From IMG/VR virus record IMGVR_UViG_3300012953_000001, positions 96,001 to 160,000 of that record: DNA of 64,000 nucleotides. One strand, 5' to 3'. Of this stretch, positions 54,086 to 63,725 are shown in pieces. Made by a program: the position numbers and the translations under genes. This DNA comes from a virus. The notes beneath the pieces are model-generated. The model did not search any database. It was not told the DNA's origin and was given only the letters and a program-made list of their open reading frames with translations. Each line of letters begins with the position of its first letter. Position 1 is the stretch's first letter.

Positions 54086-54933
54086 TGTCCCGCTTCCTCC
54101 ATCACTCGGTCAAAAGGAAAGCCCGCTATGTCCCACTTTCTTTTTGTAATATGTAGGTGAGACATGTGGCCCTCAAAATTCCAAGGTTCATCGATAACTG
54201 TTGTTGAATCCGGATGCACTAATGGAATACCGAATTCCTTATATATGAAATTACTTAAATCTATACAAGTCTGTATTTGTGTTTCATACAGGCCCAAAAA
54301 TGTAGGGGTGCTGTTGTGCACCTTTGCTGTCCATACAGGGCGCTCGCCCCAGCGCTTCGCATAATACTTTTGGTATTTCATGTAAACAGCATTCGAGATT
54401 TCAAATCCTAGGGAGACCTTATTCATCTTCCGGTCTCCCGCGTGCCATCCAACATGGTCTTTGAAATCAAGGTGTTGCAGAAGAGTCCCATCATTATCAA
54501 TACTACCGTGACAAGATATACCACGCTTCTTAAGGATCTTATAGCAAGACTCCGCGCTAAGCGCAGCATCCCAATGCCAAACCACAGAAATAGGGTCTTT
54601 CCTTCGAGTCGAATGCCCAGCACCAATCAGCGAGTAAGCAGAATCAGGTGTGCAAGGAATGCTCTTAAACGGAACAGGCTTCAAGACACCACCAACAGTA
54701 ATAAACCCTTTGGCATCTGGATAACGCTCATGCGCGATAAACTCCGCCTGGGTCTGTAAGCGTCTCCATGTATTAGGTCCGCACTTCCCGTCAACCGCTA
54801 AATCCTGTTCTCTCTGAAACTCAGCTACAGCCTCTGTGATTTCCGTAAACGTGGCACTCTCTGATAGTCCAAGGTGCTCCCTGGTCCAACCGAGTTTGGT
54901 CATACTCCTAATGTTATACTCTTCAGCAGTCAT
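54082..54933 (-). CDS. Lysin: PG-binding domain plus N-acetylmuramoyl-L-alanine amidase (Amidase_2)
   Basis: LAVDGKCGPNTW; VVWHWDA, SCHGSIDNDG, SLGFEISN, SHLHITKRKWDIAGF. Confidence 0.8.
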   Translation of the reverse strand: MTAEEYNIRSMTKLGWTREHLGLSESATFTEITEAVAEFQREQDLAVDGKCGPNTWRRLQTQAEFIAHERYPDAKGFITVGGVLKPVPFKSIPCTPDSAYSLIGAGHSTRRKDPISVVWHWDAALSAESCYKILKKRGISCHGSIDNDGTLLQHLDFKDHVGWHAGDRKMNKVSLGFEISNAVYMKYQKYYAKRWGERPVWTAKVHNSTPTFLGLYETQIQTCIDLSNFIYKEFGIPLVHPDSTTVIDEPWNFEGHMSHLHITKRKWDIAGFPFDRVMEEAGQ

Positions 54934-55199
54934 TTACTTGTTGCTCCCTTAAGCCTCTTGTCCTCGACAAACCGGCCATGTGTAGTCTTTCGGCACCCTT
55001 CACAACTGAAGGAGTCCCACCTCTGCTTTGAGGCAAAAGACAGACAAGCCTCATAGTTAACACAATCCATGTGCCTAGGTATGATATTGTCTTCTGGATA
55101 GAGCCTAAATGGCCCCACCGCGTTTTCCCGGTCGTGGCGCAAAGACCGTTCCCGGGCGACATGATCCCAAAGATTCCACTGCTCATTTGCTAGAACCAT
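54930..55199 (-). CDS. Cys-containing hypothetical protein
   Basis: DCVNYEAC...SFSCEGC. Confidence 0.55.
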   Translation of the reverse strand: MVLANEQWNLWDHVARERSLRHDRENAVGPFRLYPEDNIIPRHMDCVNYEACLSFASKQRWDSFSCEGCRKTTHGRFVEDKRLKGATSK

Positions 55200-55788
55200 A
55201 ACTCCCCCCTGAAATACTGTTCATCAGTGAGTTATATCTAACCAAAAATTCCTTCTCTGCACTAGACGGAAGTAGTGGGCAGAAAGGGTAATCTGGTTTT
55301 TTAACAAAAGGTTCTAGAAACTTAAACTCCTGCTCCAGAGCTTTCTTGTCCGCGTGACGTACTGCGTCAGGAAAAGGGTATATAAGCGAAAACCTGCCAG
55401 CTATGCACTTTTCGACAGCGGTTTCGAACTTCATATAACCGGGTAATAACTTCTTAAGCGGGCTTACAACGTCACCCAGATAAGCCTCAGCGGCGTCATG
55501 AAGCAGAGCCGTGAGCGCAAGCTTGGGGTCGTTATCCTCATTGGTCACAATGTCGGAAACCATGACGCTGTGCTCAGCAACCGAGTAGTGCTCCGTGATG
55601 TGCCCATTGAATCGGCACTGTAGAGAAAGAGCATGTGCGATGTCCTCAATGAACACCTCCTCTGGTCGAGGGTCCAAAAGGTAAAACCGGTTGCCTGTCC
55701 AGGTATGAACAAAGGGCCCGCGCTCGTTTTCAGTTGAAGAACTTTCCATACACCCAAATCCTAGTTCGCTGTGTATATACCATATCAA
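55183..55788 (-). CDS. HD-domain phosphohydrolase (YfbR-like 5'-deoxynucleotidase)
   Basis: IEDIAHALSLQCRFNGH, YSVAEHS, ALLHDAAEAYLGD, VRHAD. Confidence 0.8.
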   Translation of the reverse strand: MIWYIHSELGFGCMESSSTENERGPFVHTWTGNRFYLLDPRPEEVFIEDIAHALSLQCRFNGHITEHYSVAEHSVMVSDIVTNEDNDPKLALTALLHDAAEAYLGDVVSPLKKLLPGYMKFETAVEKCIAGRFSLIYPFPDAVRHADKKALEQEFKFLEPFVKKPDYPFCPLLPSSAEKEFLVRYNSLMNSISGGSYGSSK

Positions 55789-55868
55789 ACATTACAGCAA
55801 ACATTAACCATATTTCAGTATAAGTAAAGTGTTAGAAACCATAACCACAAACCTATAGGAGGTGAATC

Positions 55869-56603
55869 GTGGGATTAGACTGGTGTGTGAAGGATAAAAT
55901 TATCCCTGAAATGAAAGAATCTCTGTCTTTCTCGGATGTTCAAATCGACAGGGTTAAGGCCGAACTAGAAGTTCTTTGGTTGAACTTTGCAAAGGCTTCT
56001 GGTGACCCAACATGTATGACTGTTTTTCCGAATCAAGTGTACGACGACTTTACTGGAGACGCGGCGAATAAGCCACTTCTTGAAAAGTTAGACCACTGGC
56101 TAGAGGTTCGTGGCACCTGTGTGACCTCCCCTATGGAGACGCTGGGTGCGCCAAGAATTGGCTTCGATGAAGAAGCTACTTCTTATGCAAGAGACCAATA
56201 TACCGAAGCCGTAAAAACTAACGAGAAGTTGCAGGCTAAGTATCCCTCCGTTGAGGAGTACTTGGAAGCAGAAAAGGGTCTCTACGTACCCCAGCTTGTT
56301 AAGTCAGAAGGCATCGCGTCCATCTCCGGTATTTTCGTTGGCGCTGAGTCCTTTAGGGGCAAGTGTATCGCTCGCATCGAATGGCTACCAGACTATGGTT
56401 TCCTGTTCGACTGCTACGAAGATCAATCTCCGGAAGAGTTAGTAAAAATGGGTAACAGTCTTGAAGAGGCGGCAGACCGTATTGAGGCTATTACCGATAA
56501 TATTAACAAGGACTTAGAGGAAGAACTAGAAGTTGTTAGAGACGCATCGAAATGGTGCAAGTTTTGGGGCAGGCACGGACACGGAATGTCTGCTTGGTAC
56601 TAG
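55869..56603 (+). CDS. Acidic hypothetical protein
   Basis: aggaggtg RBS then GTG; starts MGLD and ends with the W-Y pattern. Confidence 0.65.
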   Translation: MGLDWCVKDKIIPEMKESLSFSDVQIDRVKAELEVLWLNFAKASGDPTCMTVFPNQVYDDFTGDAANKPLLEKLDHWLEVRGTCVTSPMETLGAPRIGFDEEATSYARDQYTEAVKTNEKLQAKYPSVEEYLEAEKGLYVPQLVKSEGIASISGIFVGAESFRGKCIARIEWLPDYGFLFDCYEDQSPEELVKMGNSLEEAADRIEAITDNINKDLEEELEVVRDASKWCKFWGRHGHGMSAWY

Positions 56604-56616
56604 GAGGTACTTATTT

Positions 56617-56925
56617 ATGGAAGCTATAGAAGAGGAGGTAGTTCTCCCCAAATTTGATCTGGGCATGCTTGTAGCTACCCCAAATTTTGTAAGTAACGCT
56701 GAACGGCTTGGGCTTAACTATAATGAGGTAGTTGCTCGGGCGCTGAGGCGTCATACGATAGGTGACTGGGGCGATTGTTGTGAGGAAGACTCTCAGACAA
56801 ACGATCAGGCACTGAAAGAAGGTTCCCGCCTACTTTCCGTTTATATGATGGAGGATACAAAGTTCTGGGTAATCACTGAGTGGGATCGCTCAGTAACAAC
56901 AGTTCTTATGCCTGAGGATTACTAA
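56617..56925 (+). CDS. Conserved phage/plasmid hypothetical protein
   Basis: aggagg RBS; KFDLGMLVATP...RHTIGDWG...RLLSVY...WVITEWDRSVTTVLMPEDY. Confidence 0.7.
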   Translation: MEAIEEEVVLPKFDLGMLVATPNFVSNAERLGLNYNEVVARALRRHTIGDWGDCCEEDSQTNDQALKEGSRLLSVYMMEDTKFWVITEWDRSVTTVLMPEDY

Positions 56926-58235
56926 TGGGAAACAAAAGCAGCACCTATAAAGGTGACAGCCCTGGGAAGAAGGTAGCTCGCGCCCGCCTTTGGATTAATG
57001 CAGGGATGGTAATGACCGCCTTAGACGCCAAGTACAGGGGTGCTTACGTACTTGCTGGCGAAGGTGGAGACGTGTCTACACTTAAAGCACTGTCATTCCC
57101 CCCTAATACAATCACCGCAGTCGATACAGATAAGGACTACGCGGGCTTTGTAGGGGAGCTATATCCTGGAATACAAACACTTGCTGGTGAGGCTGGTAAC
57201 TGGTCTGAGGTAGCTGACTACAACGCTGCTAACTTAGACTTCTGTAATGGCATCACTTTAGAAAACATTGAGACGGCTTACAAGGTTGCGAAAAATGCAT
57301 CCTCGTATCCAATGTGCTTAGGGGTAACCCTTATGAAGGGTCGAGAGGCTCTTTCCAAACCAAACTATGGTGTGAACCCAGATCTTCCGAGAGCCATGCG
57401 AAAAGAGCTTCGAAGAAGGTCACTGAAGTTTGGTGAGCAGAGTGGTGACCAACTGCTTATGCGCGGAAAGAGATTTGATCCTGCTCTATGTATTGAGCGT
57501 TCTACTAAGAGGCTTATGAATACCTGGGCTGTTACCGGATTTGCTGAGGCTATCGGTGCCGCTCGGAATGGTAAGTTGACGCCTCTGGGCCACGGAATGG
57601 TTCGTATGGATGCTTTCAGAGGGTGTTTGGATCTAATGCTCTATGAGCATGGTCTCCAAAGTCAGATCGTAAGTTGTTTGAGCTACCACTCAAAGTCTAA
57701 GCACAGCGGTGGTACCGGATTTGTATGCGGAAATTATGTAATAGTTCCCATGCAGGAAAGGGAAATGCTTCAGGCATATCTGACAATACATGCGCCAAGT
57801 CTTATGATGTTTGACAATATCCCTGGTGGCGAAAGTCGAGACGCACTTCGTAAGTTTGCACTCAGTGGGTGCAAAGGTCTTCCTTCAAAGGTGGTCGCGG
57901 AGCTTTTCGATATTCCACCGGGAACGGTTGCGGCATGGCGAGCAAACAACACTCGTGGTAGGTACGTCAACGACGAACCAAACACTGTGGGAAGCTTGGC
58001 ACTTAGGCGTGGTGGTCTTCTGGTAGATGGTCATTCAAATATTCCCGGCCTAGGCAGGGTGAATATCGGTGAGGAAGGTGCTCCGATCTCACCCATGTAT
58101 TCCGGTTGGGGTAACATAGTATACACTCCCGAATGGGAGCTTCGTATGGTTCGTCCTGAAGAGGGCGCAAACGATGTTGAAAACAAGGAGGTAGGTAATG
58201 CCTGCAATAACGAAGTTACTAGAAAAACGGGCTAG
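56925..58235 (+). CDS. Methyltransferase-like fold with C-terminal HTH
   Basis: YVLAGEGGDV...ITAVDTD...NLDFC Rossmann-like motifs; SKVVAELFDIPPGTVAAWRA HTH. Confidence 0.45.
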   Translation: MGNKSSTYKGDSPGKKVARARLWINAGMVMTALDAKYRGAYVLAGEGGDVSTLKALSFPPNTITAVDTDKDYAGFVGELYPGIQTLAGEAGNWSEVADYNAANLDFCNGITLENIETAYKVAKNASSYPMCLGVTLMKGREALSKPNYGVNPDLPRAMRKELRRRSLKFGEQSGDQLLMRGKRFDPALCIERSTKRLMNTWAVTGFAEAIGAARNGKLTPLGHGMVRMDAFRGCLDLMLYEHGLQSQIVSCLSYHSKSKHSGGTGFVCGNYVIVPMQEREMLQAYLTIHAPSLMMFDNIPGGESRDALRKFALSGCKGLPSKVVAELFDIPPGTVAAWRANNTRGRYVNDEPNTVGSLALRRGGLLVDGHSNIPGLGRVNIGEEGAPISPMYSGWGNIVYTPEWELRMVRPEEGANDVENKEVGNACNNEVTRKTG

Positions 58236-58632
58236 TCAGAAGTCGAGGCAAGTCTTCCTTACAGAAGACAACCTAAAGTCTTTCCGTGAGGCTTACGCCT
58301 CTTGTGACGGACCAATGTTTGTCTTCGAGGGACAACCTGTTCTCTGCTCATACGCTGAATATCTACTGGAGTACTTTGAAGGTGCTCCGGTATCTAAAGA
58401 AAGCACTGCAACATGGTCGTACGAGCAGGAAAACGACACTACTAACGTCTGGAAAACTTACTCTGAGGCGGTAGCTAAAGTTAAAAAGTATCGCCTACCA
58501 GAAATGGAACATGCGACAAAAGAGCCAGAGTGTTGGGAGCATATGTGTAAAGCAAGAAAGCTGAGTAAGGAAAAGGCGTATGACTGGTGGGATTTTGTGG
58601 ATTCTGAGGATGACCCTTGGACCATTAAATAG
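58198..58632 (+). CDS. Hypothetical protein
   Basis: aaggaggt RBS, 144 aa. Confidence 0.6.
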   Translation: MPAITKLLEKRASQKSRQVFLTEDNLKSFREAYASCDGPMFVFEGQPVLCSYAEYLLEYFEGAPVSKESTATWSYEQENDTTNVWKTYSEAVAKVKKYRLPEMEHATKEPECWEHMCKARKLSKEKAYDWWDFVDSEDDPWTIK

Positions 58633-58712
58633 AAGTAATAACAAACAAAACAAAGGGCCGGGTGGTGTGTAAAAAGCATCTCCCGGCTTTTTTACTTTAA
58701 GGATAACTACGT

Positions 58713-59135
58713 ATGGCTAATTACTATGCAACTGCTCGAACGAGCTACACGAAAGTTAAGGACGAGGCGGTGTTCCTCCAGTGGGCCGAAACAATCCCTG
58801 ATGCAGAGGTCATCACCCATGAAACAGAAGAACACGGCAAGCTATATGGATTTCTGTTTGGCCCTAACAGTGACTGTGGGAGCTTCCCGCACTGTAAGTA
58901 CGACGAGGAACTCGATGAGGAGTTCGACTTAGATATCTTCGCAGAAATTCAACCCCACATCGCTGATGGCTGGTCCATCACGTTCATGGAGGTCGGTGCT
59001 GAGAAGTACAGGTATGTGGTGGGTACAGCGGCAGTAGTCACGCCCGAAGTAATCGAACATTACGACCTAAACAGGTGGGTAGAGGAAACTTTGAATGGGC
59101 TTGGCGACCCCATGAGTACGTCGTGTGAATACTAA
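58713..59135 (+). CDS. Acidic hypothetical protein
   Basis: 140 aa, MANYYATARTSY start. Confidence 0.65.
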   Translation: MANYYATARTSYTKVKDEAVFLQWAETIPDAEVITHETEEHGKLYGFLFGPNSDCGSFPHCKYDEELDEEFDLDIFAEIQPHIADGWSITFMEVGAEKYRYVVGTAAVVTPEVIEHYDLNRWVEETLNGLGDPMSTSCEY

Positions 59136-59146
59136 AGGAGTAACGA

Positions 59147-59335
59147 ATGACAGACAAAGTGTTTAACTACGAGTGCTTCGGTGAGACATTGGTTTTCGCT
59201 GAAGATCTCGGCTGGGTGGACAATCACCCAGATGCAGACGACCCAAACTACGATGGCCCTACAGCCGACGAGATTGAACAAGAAGCAATCGAGTTCATTC
59301 AGTCCAAAGGCTACAGGGTGGAGGGGTACAACTAA
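59147..59335 (+). CDS. Hypothetical protein
   Basis: aaggag RBS. Confidence 0.6.
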   Translation: MTDKVFNYECFGETLVFAEDLGWVDNHPDADDPNYDGPTADEIEQEAIEFIQSKGYRVEGYN

Positions 59336-59562
59336 TGTTTACAAATAAATGGGAGTCCCTGATGGAAGTCATCGTTCACCACGCCACTATTCAGGGCTGG
59401 AATGACCGGGTAACCATCGGCGTACTATGTGATTTTATTGAATCGCGAATGCGTCCACACCTCGAACAGCATGAGCGTGTAGATGAGCTTCGCAAATACC
59501 TAGAGGAAAGAGTGGCGGAAGAAAAAAGCTGGTGCGGTGGAGGGAGTGATGAAGATTGGTAA
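59335..59562 (+). CDS. Hypothetical protein
   Basis: TAATG coupling. Confidence 0.55.
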   Translation: MFTNKWESLMEVIVHHATIQGWNDRVTIGVLCDFIESRMRPHLEQHERVDELRKYLEERVAEEKSWCGGGSDEDW

Positions 59563-59872
59563 TAAGAGATTAGAATGCCTAGTTGTCCAAGAATCTGACC
59601 ATGGAGAATACGTGCTGATAAAACCTGTCCCCGGGCAGGTCGTGGCACACGTAGATCCCGGACCTCTTCAGGAGGAGTACGCGAGGCTTTTTGCGGCTTC
59701 CCCTGAACTGCTCAGGGCATTGCGTAGCTTGGTTCTTTGTCTAAGTGATGAACAAGACGATTACCCAGACCTTGGGTACTTCCGAATGGTTCAGCGCAGG
59801 AAGAACGCGGCTCATATAGCACTGACACCATTCGAAGGTGTTTTAGAAAAAGGAAAAGATAATGAGTCATAA
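59549..59872 (+). CDS. Hypothetical protein
   Basis: ggaggg RBS; ARLFAASPELLRAL motif common in small phage early proteins. Confidence 0.55.
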   Translation: MKIGNKRLECLVVQESDHGEYVLIKPVPGQVVAHVDPGPLQEEYARLFAASPELLRALRSLVLCLSDEQDDYPDLGYFRMVQRRKNAAHIALTPFEGVLEKGKDNES

Positions 59873-60104
59873 TATAAGAGACTACGGTCTTGTTGACAGC
59901 GAGCCAACAGGAATCCCCACAGCCAAACCAGCGCCAGAGGAGCTTCGAAAAGAAGGATGCCCTCACTGTGGTTGTAAGGAGGTTATGGAGGTGACTGTAG
60001 AAATTGAACAACCCCTATTGAAAGGCGGTGGCGGAAAGGGTACTTACTTTGGATGCCCTGCCTGCCCCTGGGCTTCGCCAATGCTTGCGGTGACAAATGG
60101 GTGA
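59862..60104 (+). CDS. Zn-ribbon protein
   Basis: GCPHCGC ... GCPAC. Confidence 0.6.
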   Translation: MSHNIRDYGLVDSEPTGIPTAKPAPEELRKEGCPHCGCKEVMEVTVEIEQPLLKGGGGKGTYFGCPACPWASPMLAVTNG

Positions 60105-60612
60105 TCGCTGCTACCTAAATATAAGAATACATCCAGACGACTACGCACTCGCGAAATCTATACTGGAATCAAGCACATTCCAAAATTGGCCAGATTCGAT
60201 TCAAGCGTTTCGCGCTAGTGGTGCGCCAGAGTCTGGTGATTTTTGGGCCGACGAATTGTGCGTAAAAGATGGTTTGCTGGTTGTTGAAGAGTACGAGGCC
60301 AACTGGGGCTGGTATGAACAGCTAACCGAACTAGGTAAAGAGGGTTGTCGTTTCGTTGCGTACAACGGCGACGGAGACAACTACTCTTACGGTGTCACAA
60401 TAGGTACCGGTATCTTAGAAAGTGAGGTGGATGGAGAAAGGATTCATAGGTTTCACGAACTAGCCTCCAACCAGGATGGGAACCCGATTGCTACGGTAAA
60501 CAAGCACGGGAATATTCCCCCGGAAGTGCAAAAGTTGCTGAGACAAGCGATGCGTGATTTACGAAACATAGAACGAGAATTTTCAAAGCTAAAAAGAAAA
60601 CAAGAGCCGTAA
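60097..60612 (+). CDS. Hypothetical protein
   Basis: 171 aa, overlapping start. Confidence 0.6.
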   Translation: MGDRCYLNIRIHPDDYALAKSILESSTFQNWPDSIQAFRASGAPESGDFWADELCVKDGLLVVEEYEANWGWYEQLTELGKEGCRFVAYNGDGDNYSYGVTIGTGILESEVDGERIHRFHELASNQDGNPIATVNKHGNIPPEVQKLLRQAMRDLRNIEREFSKLKRKQEP

Positions 60613-60633
60613 GGCTAATAACTTGGAGAAAGC

Positions 60634-60936
60634 ATGGGACGCGAAAAATCCCGATGGCTAACCCTAGACGAATGGACTTGCCCTAACCACTTACCCTCAC
60701 CGAGATTTCCAGCAAGCCTGGAGAAGTGTTGGTATTTGAATTGTGGAAGTCGGCCACCTCTTGAGGACAGACCTACCCCCAAGAACCCTGTCTGCGCATG
60801 GCAAATGTGTGATAAGGGTTTCTCGGGTGGTAGGGCGTTTTCTAGGGAGAAAAGTAAATATTGCTCTAGAGATTGTTCGAACAAGAATGCTAGAGCCAGA
60901 CACAAAGATCGGAAGGGAGTAGACGATGAACGATGA
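60634..60936 (+). CDS. Zinc-finger protein
   Basis: CAWQMC...KYCSRDCSNKNAR. Confidence 0.55.
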   Translation: MGREKSRWLTLDEWTCPNHLPSPRFPASLEKCWYLNCGSRPPLEDRPTPKNPVCAWQMCDKGFSGGRAFSREKSKYCSRDCSNKNARARHKDRKGVDDER

Positions 60937-61135
60937 GCAGGAATACCGAGATGAGATTAGAAAACTAGAGGCGGCAGTAAAGGCGCTACTATATATAGTT
61001 TCTGAGTATGTCCCGCTATCTGACCATCATAATGTGTACGGACATAAAATTGATTTTAGTCCTGAGCTAACTGCCGTCCGTGCAGCCCTTAAGCAAACTG
61101 AGACCTTTAAGGCCAGTTGGGAAGATAAAACATAG
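60926..61135 (+). CDS. Hypothetical protein
   Basis: gggag RBS, 69 aa. Confidence 0.55.
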   Translation: MNDEQEYRDEIRKLEAAVKALLYIVSEYVPLSDHHNVYGHKIDFSPELTAVRAALKQTETFKASWEDKT

Positions 61136-61144
61136 GAGGATCGT

Positions 61145-61402
61145 ATGGTACAAGGAGATACCTTTACTGTTGTGATCACAGTAGGAGGCACGCTAACAAG
61201 CGAGCTTAAAGAAAAGCTAAACCAAGAGCACCCAGACAAAACATTCGTGAAAGCCATAGAGTCTTGTCTGACGAATGCGCTAAGTATGGGTATCCTTGAA
61301 GATATTTGTGAAGAGGTTAATATCTCCTACACAAACGTAAATGCACAATGTAATGTGTCCAAAAATCAAGTACCGTTGTCTGAAGAAATTATTACTAAGT
61401 AA
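61145..61402 (+). CDS. Hypothetical protein
   Basis: aggagg RBS, 85 aa. Confidence 0.55.
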   Translation: MVQGDTFTVVITVGGTLTSELKEKLNQEHPDKTFVKAIESCLTNALSMGILEDICEEVNISYTNVNAQCNVSKNQVPLSEEIITK

Positions 61403-61647
61403 TGGGCCCCATACACGATAGAAAATCTTACGAGGAACTGCGAGACGCAGTTTTTTACTGGGAGAGACTCCTCCGAAAAATTTGGAGGTATATCACTCGC
61501 CCGCTTAGGAGAACTCAATGAAAAGCTGTGCAAACAGTGGCCCGCCAAATACGGGTTCCTCTGAGGCTTCTATACGCCTCGGAGATAAAAAAGGGAGTCC
61601 CGAATACCCGGACTACGAACAGTCCTTCATATTCGATACACCCCCTA

Positions 61648-61962
61648 CTAAGCCTCAGCAATTGGCTTTGTCATAGTCCAAGTGAGGTAGGAGAGGTAAG
61701 CCATCAGTTGCTCACAAAAGTCAGCGAGCAGATCGTGATGTCTTAAGAGTTCCTTCCAGGACTTTTCATCTAATCGGATGTCGCCCTTTTCGGCGCATAC
61801 AACTCTAACGATTTCGGCTTCTTCATAGTCGGACTCGTCTATGTATGGGTCTGTCTTCGTCCAATAGGGGTCATCCTTAATCGAAGTCAGACTGCACTGA
61901 ACTTGCCAATCCTGTCCCGCAACTGGGAAGCTTACGTAGAAAACCATAGAGTCGTCTACCAT
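61648..61962 (-). CDS. Acidic hypothetical protein (likely start MVDDSM)
   Basis: Protein-like ORF with ggag upstream; opposite strand to its neighbours. Confidence 0.45.
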   Translation of the reverse strand: MVDDSMVFYVSFPVAGQDWQVQCSLTSIKDDPYWTKTDPYIDESDYEEAEIVRVVCAEKGDIRLDEKSWKELLRHHDLLADFCEQLMAYLSYLTWTMTKPIAEA

Positions 61963-62005
61963 TGTAGGGGCTCCAAAATCATACACAAATTTTATCGAAA
62001 GGATC

Positions 62006-62215
62006 GTGATGGACGAAGTATGCAACAAAAATAAAACAACCAACAATCTCGTAAATCATCTCATGTCTTACGAAGCTGGCGAAATGTCGGACGATGAGCA
62101 AATTAAATTTTTCCAAGAGTTAATTAATACCGGCTTAGCCTGGAGTCTCCAGGGGCACTACGGAAGAGTTGCTGCATCTATGATCGAAGCCGGTTTATGC
62201 GAAAGCAAGGAGTGA
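62006..62215 (+). CDS. Conserved small phage protein
   Basis: FFQELINTGLAWSLQGHYGRVA. Confidence 0.6.
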   Translation: MMDEVCNKNKTTNNLVNHLMSYEAGEMSDDEQIKFFQELINTGLAWSLQGHYGRVAASMIEAGLCESKE

Positions 62216-62220
62216 GTAAC

Positions 62221-62628
62221 ATGGGACAATACCATATAGTCGTTAATATCGACAAAGAGCAAATCTTGGACCCACATAAGTTTGGGTCTGGTCTAAAGTT
62301 GATGGAGTTCGGTAATGACGGGCAGAGTATCTTAACCGGCCTAGCCGTTTTGTTGGCAGATAGCAACGGGCGTGGTGGTGGTGACCTTAGGAGTGACAAG
62401 CCTATTGTTGGCTCTTGGGCTGGAGACCGGATTGTTATCGCAGGAGACTACGGTGACGATGGTAAGTGGATCGAAGGCGGAGAGCGAAACCTATATCAGC
62501 ACGCTGACGAAAACTACGCTGACATCTCAAACGAGGTGATCGAGGCAATCGTAGAAGGTGAGGGAAGTTGGCACAGGTTGTCCAAGATTAACCTCTCCGA
62601 GCCCGGTTGGCGAAACGCCCTCGTATGA
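62221..62628 (+). CDS. Conserved phage hypothetical protein
   Basis: aaggag RBS; MGQYHIVVNIDKEQIL...GLKLMEF...GSWAGDRIVIAGDY. Confidence 0.65.
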   Translation: MGQYHIVVNIDKEQILDPHKFGSGLKLMEFGNDGQSILTGLAVLLADSNGRGGGDLRSDKPIVGSWAGDRIVIAGDYGDDGKWIEGGERNLYQHADENYADISNEVIEAIVEGEGSWHRLSKINLSEPGWRNALV

Positions 62629-63422
62629 AACTCTACCACGGAACCAGTGAAACCGTAGCTCGCCTCGCCATCACGGAGGGGCTTAAAACCAGAGAAAACT
62701 CTGGGTCGAAAGGTAACTGGGAACACTCTATCGACTCCGCCCCAGACCGGGTCTACATGTCAGTTGCGTATGCTGGGTACTTCGCCTACTGCGCCACGGA
62801 GTCAGGCGAGCCCTGGGGAATTGTAGAAATAGACACTGACTTACTATTCGAAGACCTTCTACTTCCAGATGAGGATTTCTTAGAGCAAGCTAGTCAAAAT
62901 GAGGATGTCCCTGAGGACTCCATATTTGATGGTCTTAGGGAGGCCCAATCATTAACAACCGTTAGCGACAGGATGAAAGCCAGAACAGCTTTCTACCGAG
63001 ATAACGCGTTTATGTTTGGGCACTTGTGGAGCGACTCGATAAAGTTTTTGGGTAACTGTTGTTACTGGGCTAACGTCCCGCCAGAAGCAATATCCCGAGT
63101 CACAGTATTTGATCCAAAGTCAAACCATGACATCTACATGTCGGTAGACCCGACTATCACGTTAATGAACTACCGTTTCTGCGCACAAAAATACAAAGCG
63201 ATCACAAGATGGTTGGCTGGTTACACGGACGTAGACGCGCAAGATCTAACGATGCTCTTCGGGGAGTACGCTGAGATAACGCTGCCTGATGATGTTGAGG
63301 TACCTAAAGAACTCCAAGAGCTAGTTGCACTTAAAAATAATAAGATGGCAGTGCAAGACTATTGGAGAGATGTAGTTATCCCTAACAGAGAGGGCCTAGA
63401 AGTAATCAAGCAAGGCGCTTGA
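62625..63422 (+). CDS. ADP-ribosyltransferase-fold protein (candidate)
   Basis: MKLYHGTS, ITEGL, RVYMS, GIVEID, LLPDEDFL. Confidence 0.55.
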   Translation: MKLYHGTSETVARLAITEGLKTRENSGSKGNWEHSIDSAPDRVYMSVAYAGYFAYCATESGEPWGIVEIDTDLLFEDLLLPDEDFLEQASQNEDVPEDSIFDGLREAQSLTTVSDRMKARTAFYRDNAFMFGHLWSDSIKFLGNCCYWANVPPEAISRVTVFDPKSNHDIYMSVDPTITLMNYRFCAQKYKAITRWLAGYTDVDAQDLTMLFGEYAEITLPDDVEVPKELQELVALKNNKMAVQDYWRDVVIPNREGLEVIKQGA

Positions 63423-63426
63423 TACT

Positions 63427-63461
63427 AAAGTGTGCTCCTATTCCTGGGGCACACTTTTTTT
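63427..63461. terminator. Bidirectional terminator
   Basis: aaagtgtgctcc/ggggcacacttttttt between convergent genes. Confidence 0.7.
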
Positions 63462-63725
63462 ACCTGTGTCCCGTATGACGATCTCTAGCTCAACCTCAGG
63501 ACTTACCTCAATGTTTACCGTGTGTCCGTCAAGAGATTGCGTAACCACGCACGGCCCGAGGATGTGTACCTCATGAGCCAAGGTGTGGGCCTTGCTCACA
63601 TTGGTCACCTGAATGCTCGGCCTGTTACTTCCCTTAACCTTCTTGTTTTCCATTAAGGCGGGCTGGTTTACGTTCACCTTTACAGGTTTAGGTCCACGTC
63701 CCTTGTCCTTATAACGGCGCTCCAT
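63438..63725 (-). CDS. Hypothetical protein
   Basis: 95 aa; KGSNRPSIQV...AHEVHILGPCVV. Confidence 0.55.
   Translation of the reverse strand: MERRYKDKGRGPKPVKVNVNQPALMENKKVKGSNRPSIQVTNVSKAHTLAHEVHILGPCVVTQSLDGHTVNIEVSPEVELEIVIRDTGKKSVPQE

Noticed and set aside
55183-55788. HD hydrolase as DatZ, implying a 2-aminoadenine (Z) genome
   Set aside because: The motifs fit the common YfbR-like phage family, and no purZ or mazZ is visible in the window
58655-58707. GGATAAC at 58701 as another copy of the promoter
   Set aside because: No matching upstream element at the 15-nt spacing; the region is better explained by the GCCGGG/CCCGGC terminator and an RBS
61402-61670. Two small plus-strand ORFs (39 aa at 61402, about 52 aa at 61518)
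   Set aside because: Possible but with no recognisable motif; the second runs into the convergent gene, so support is too weak
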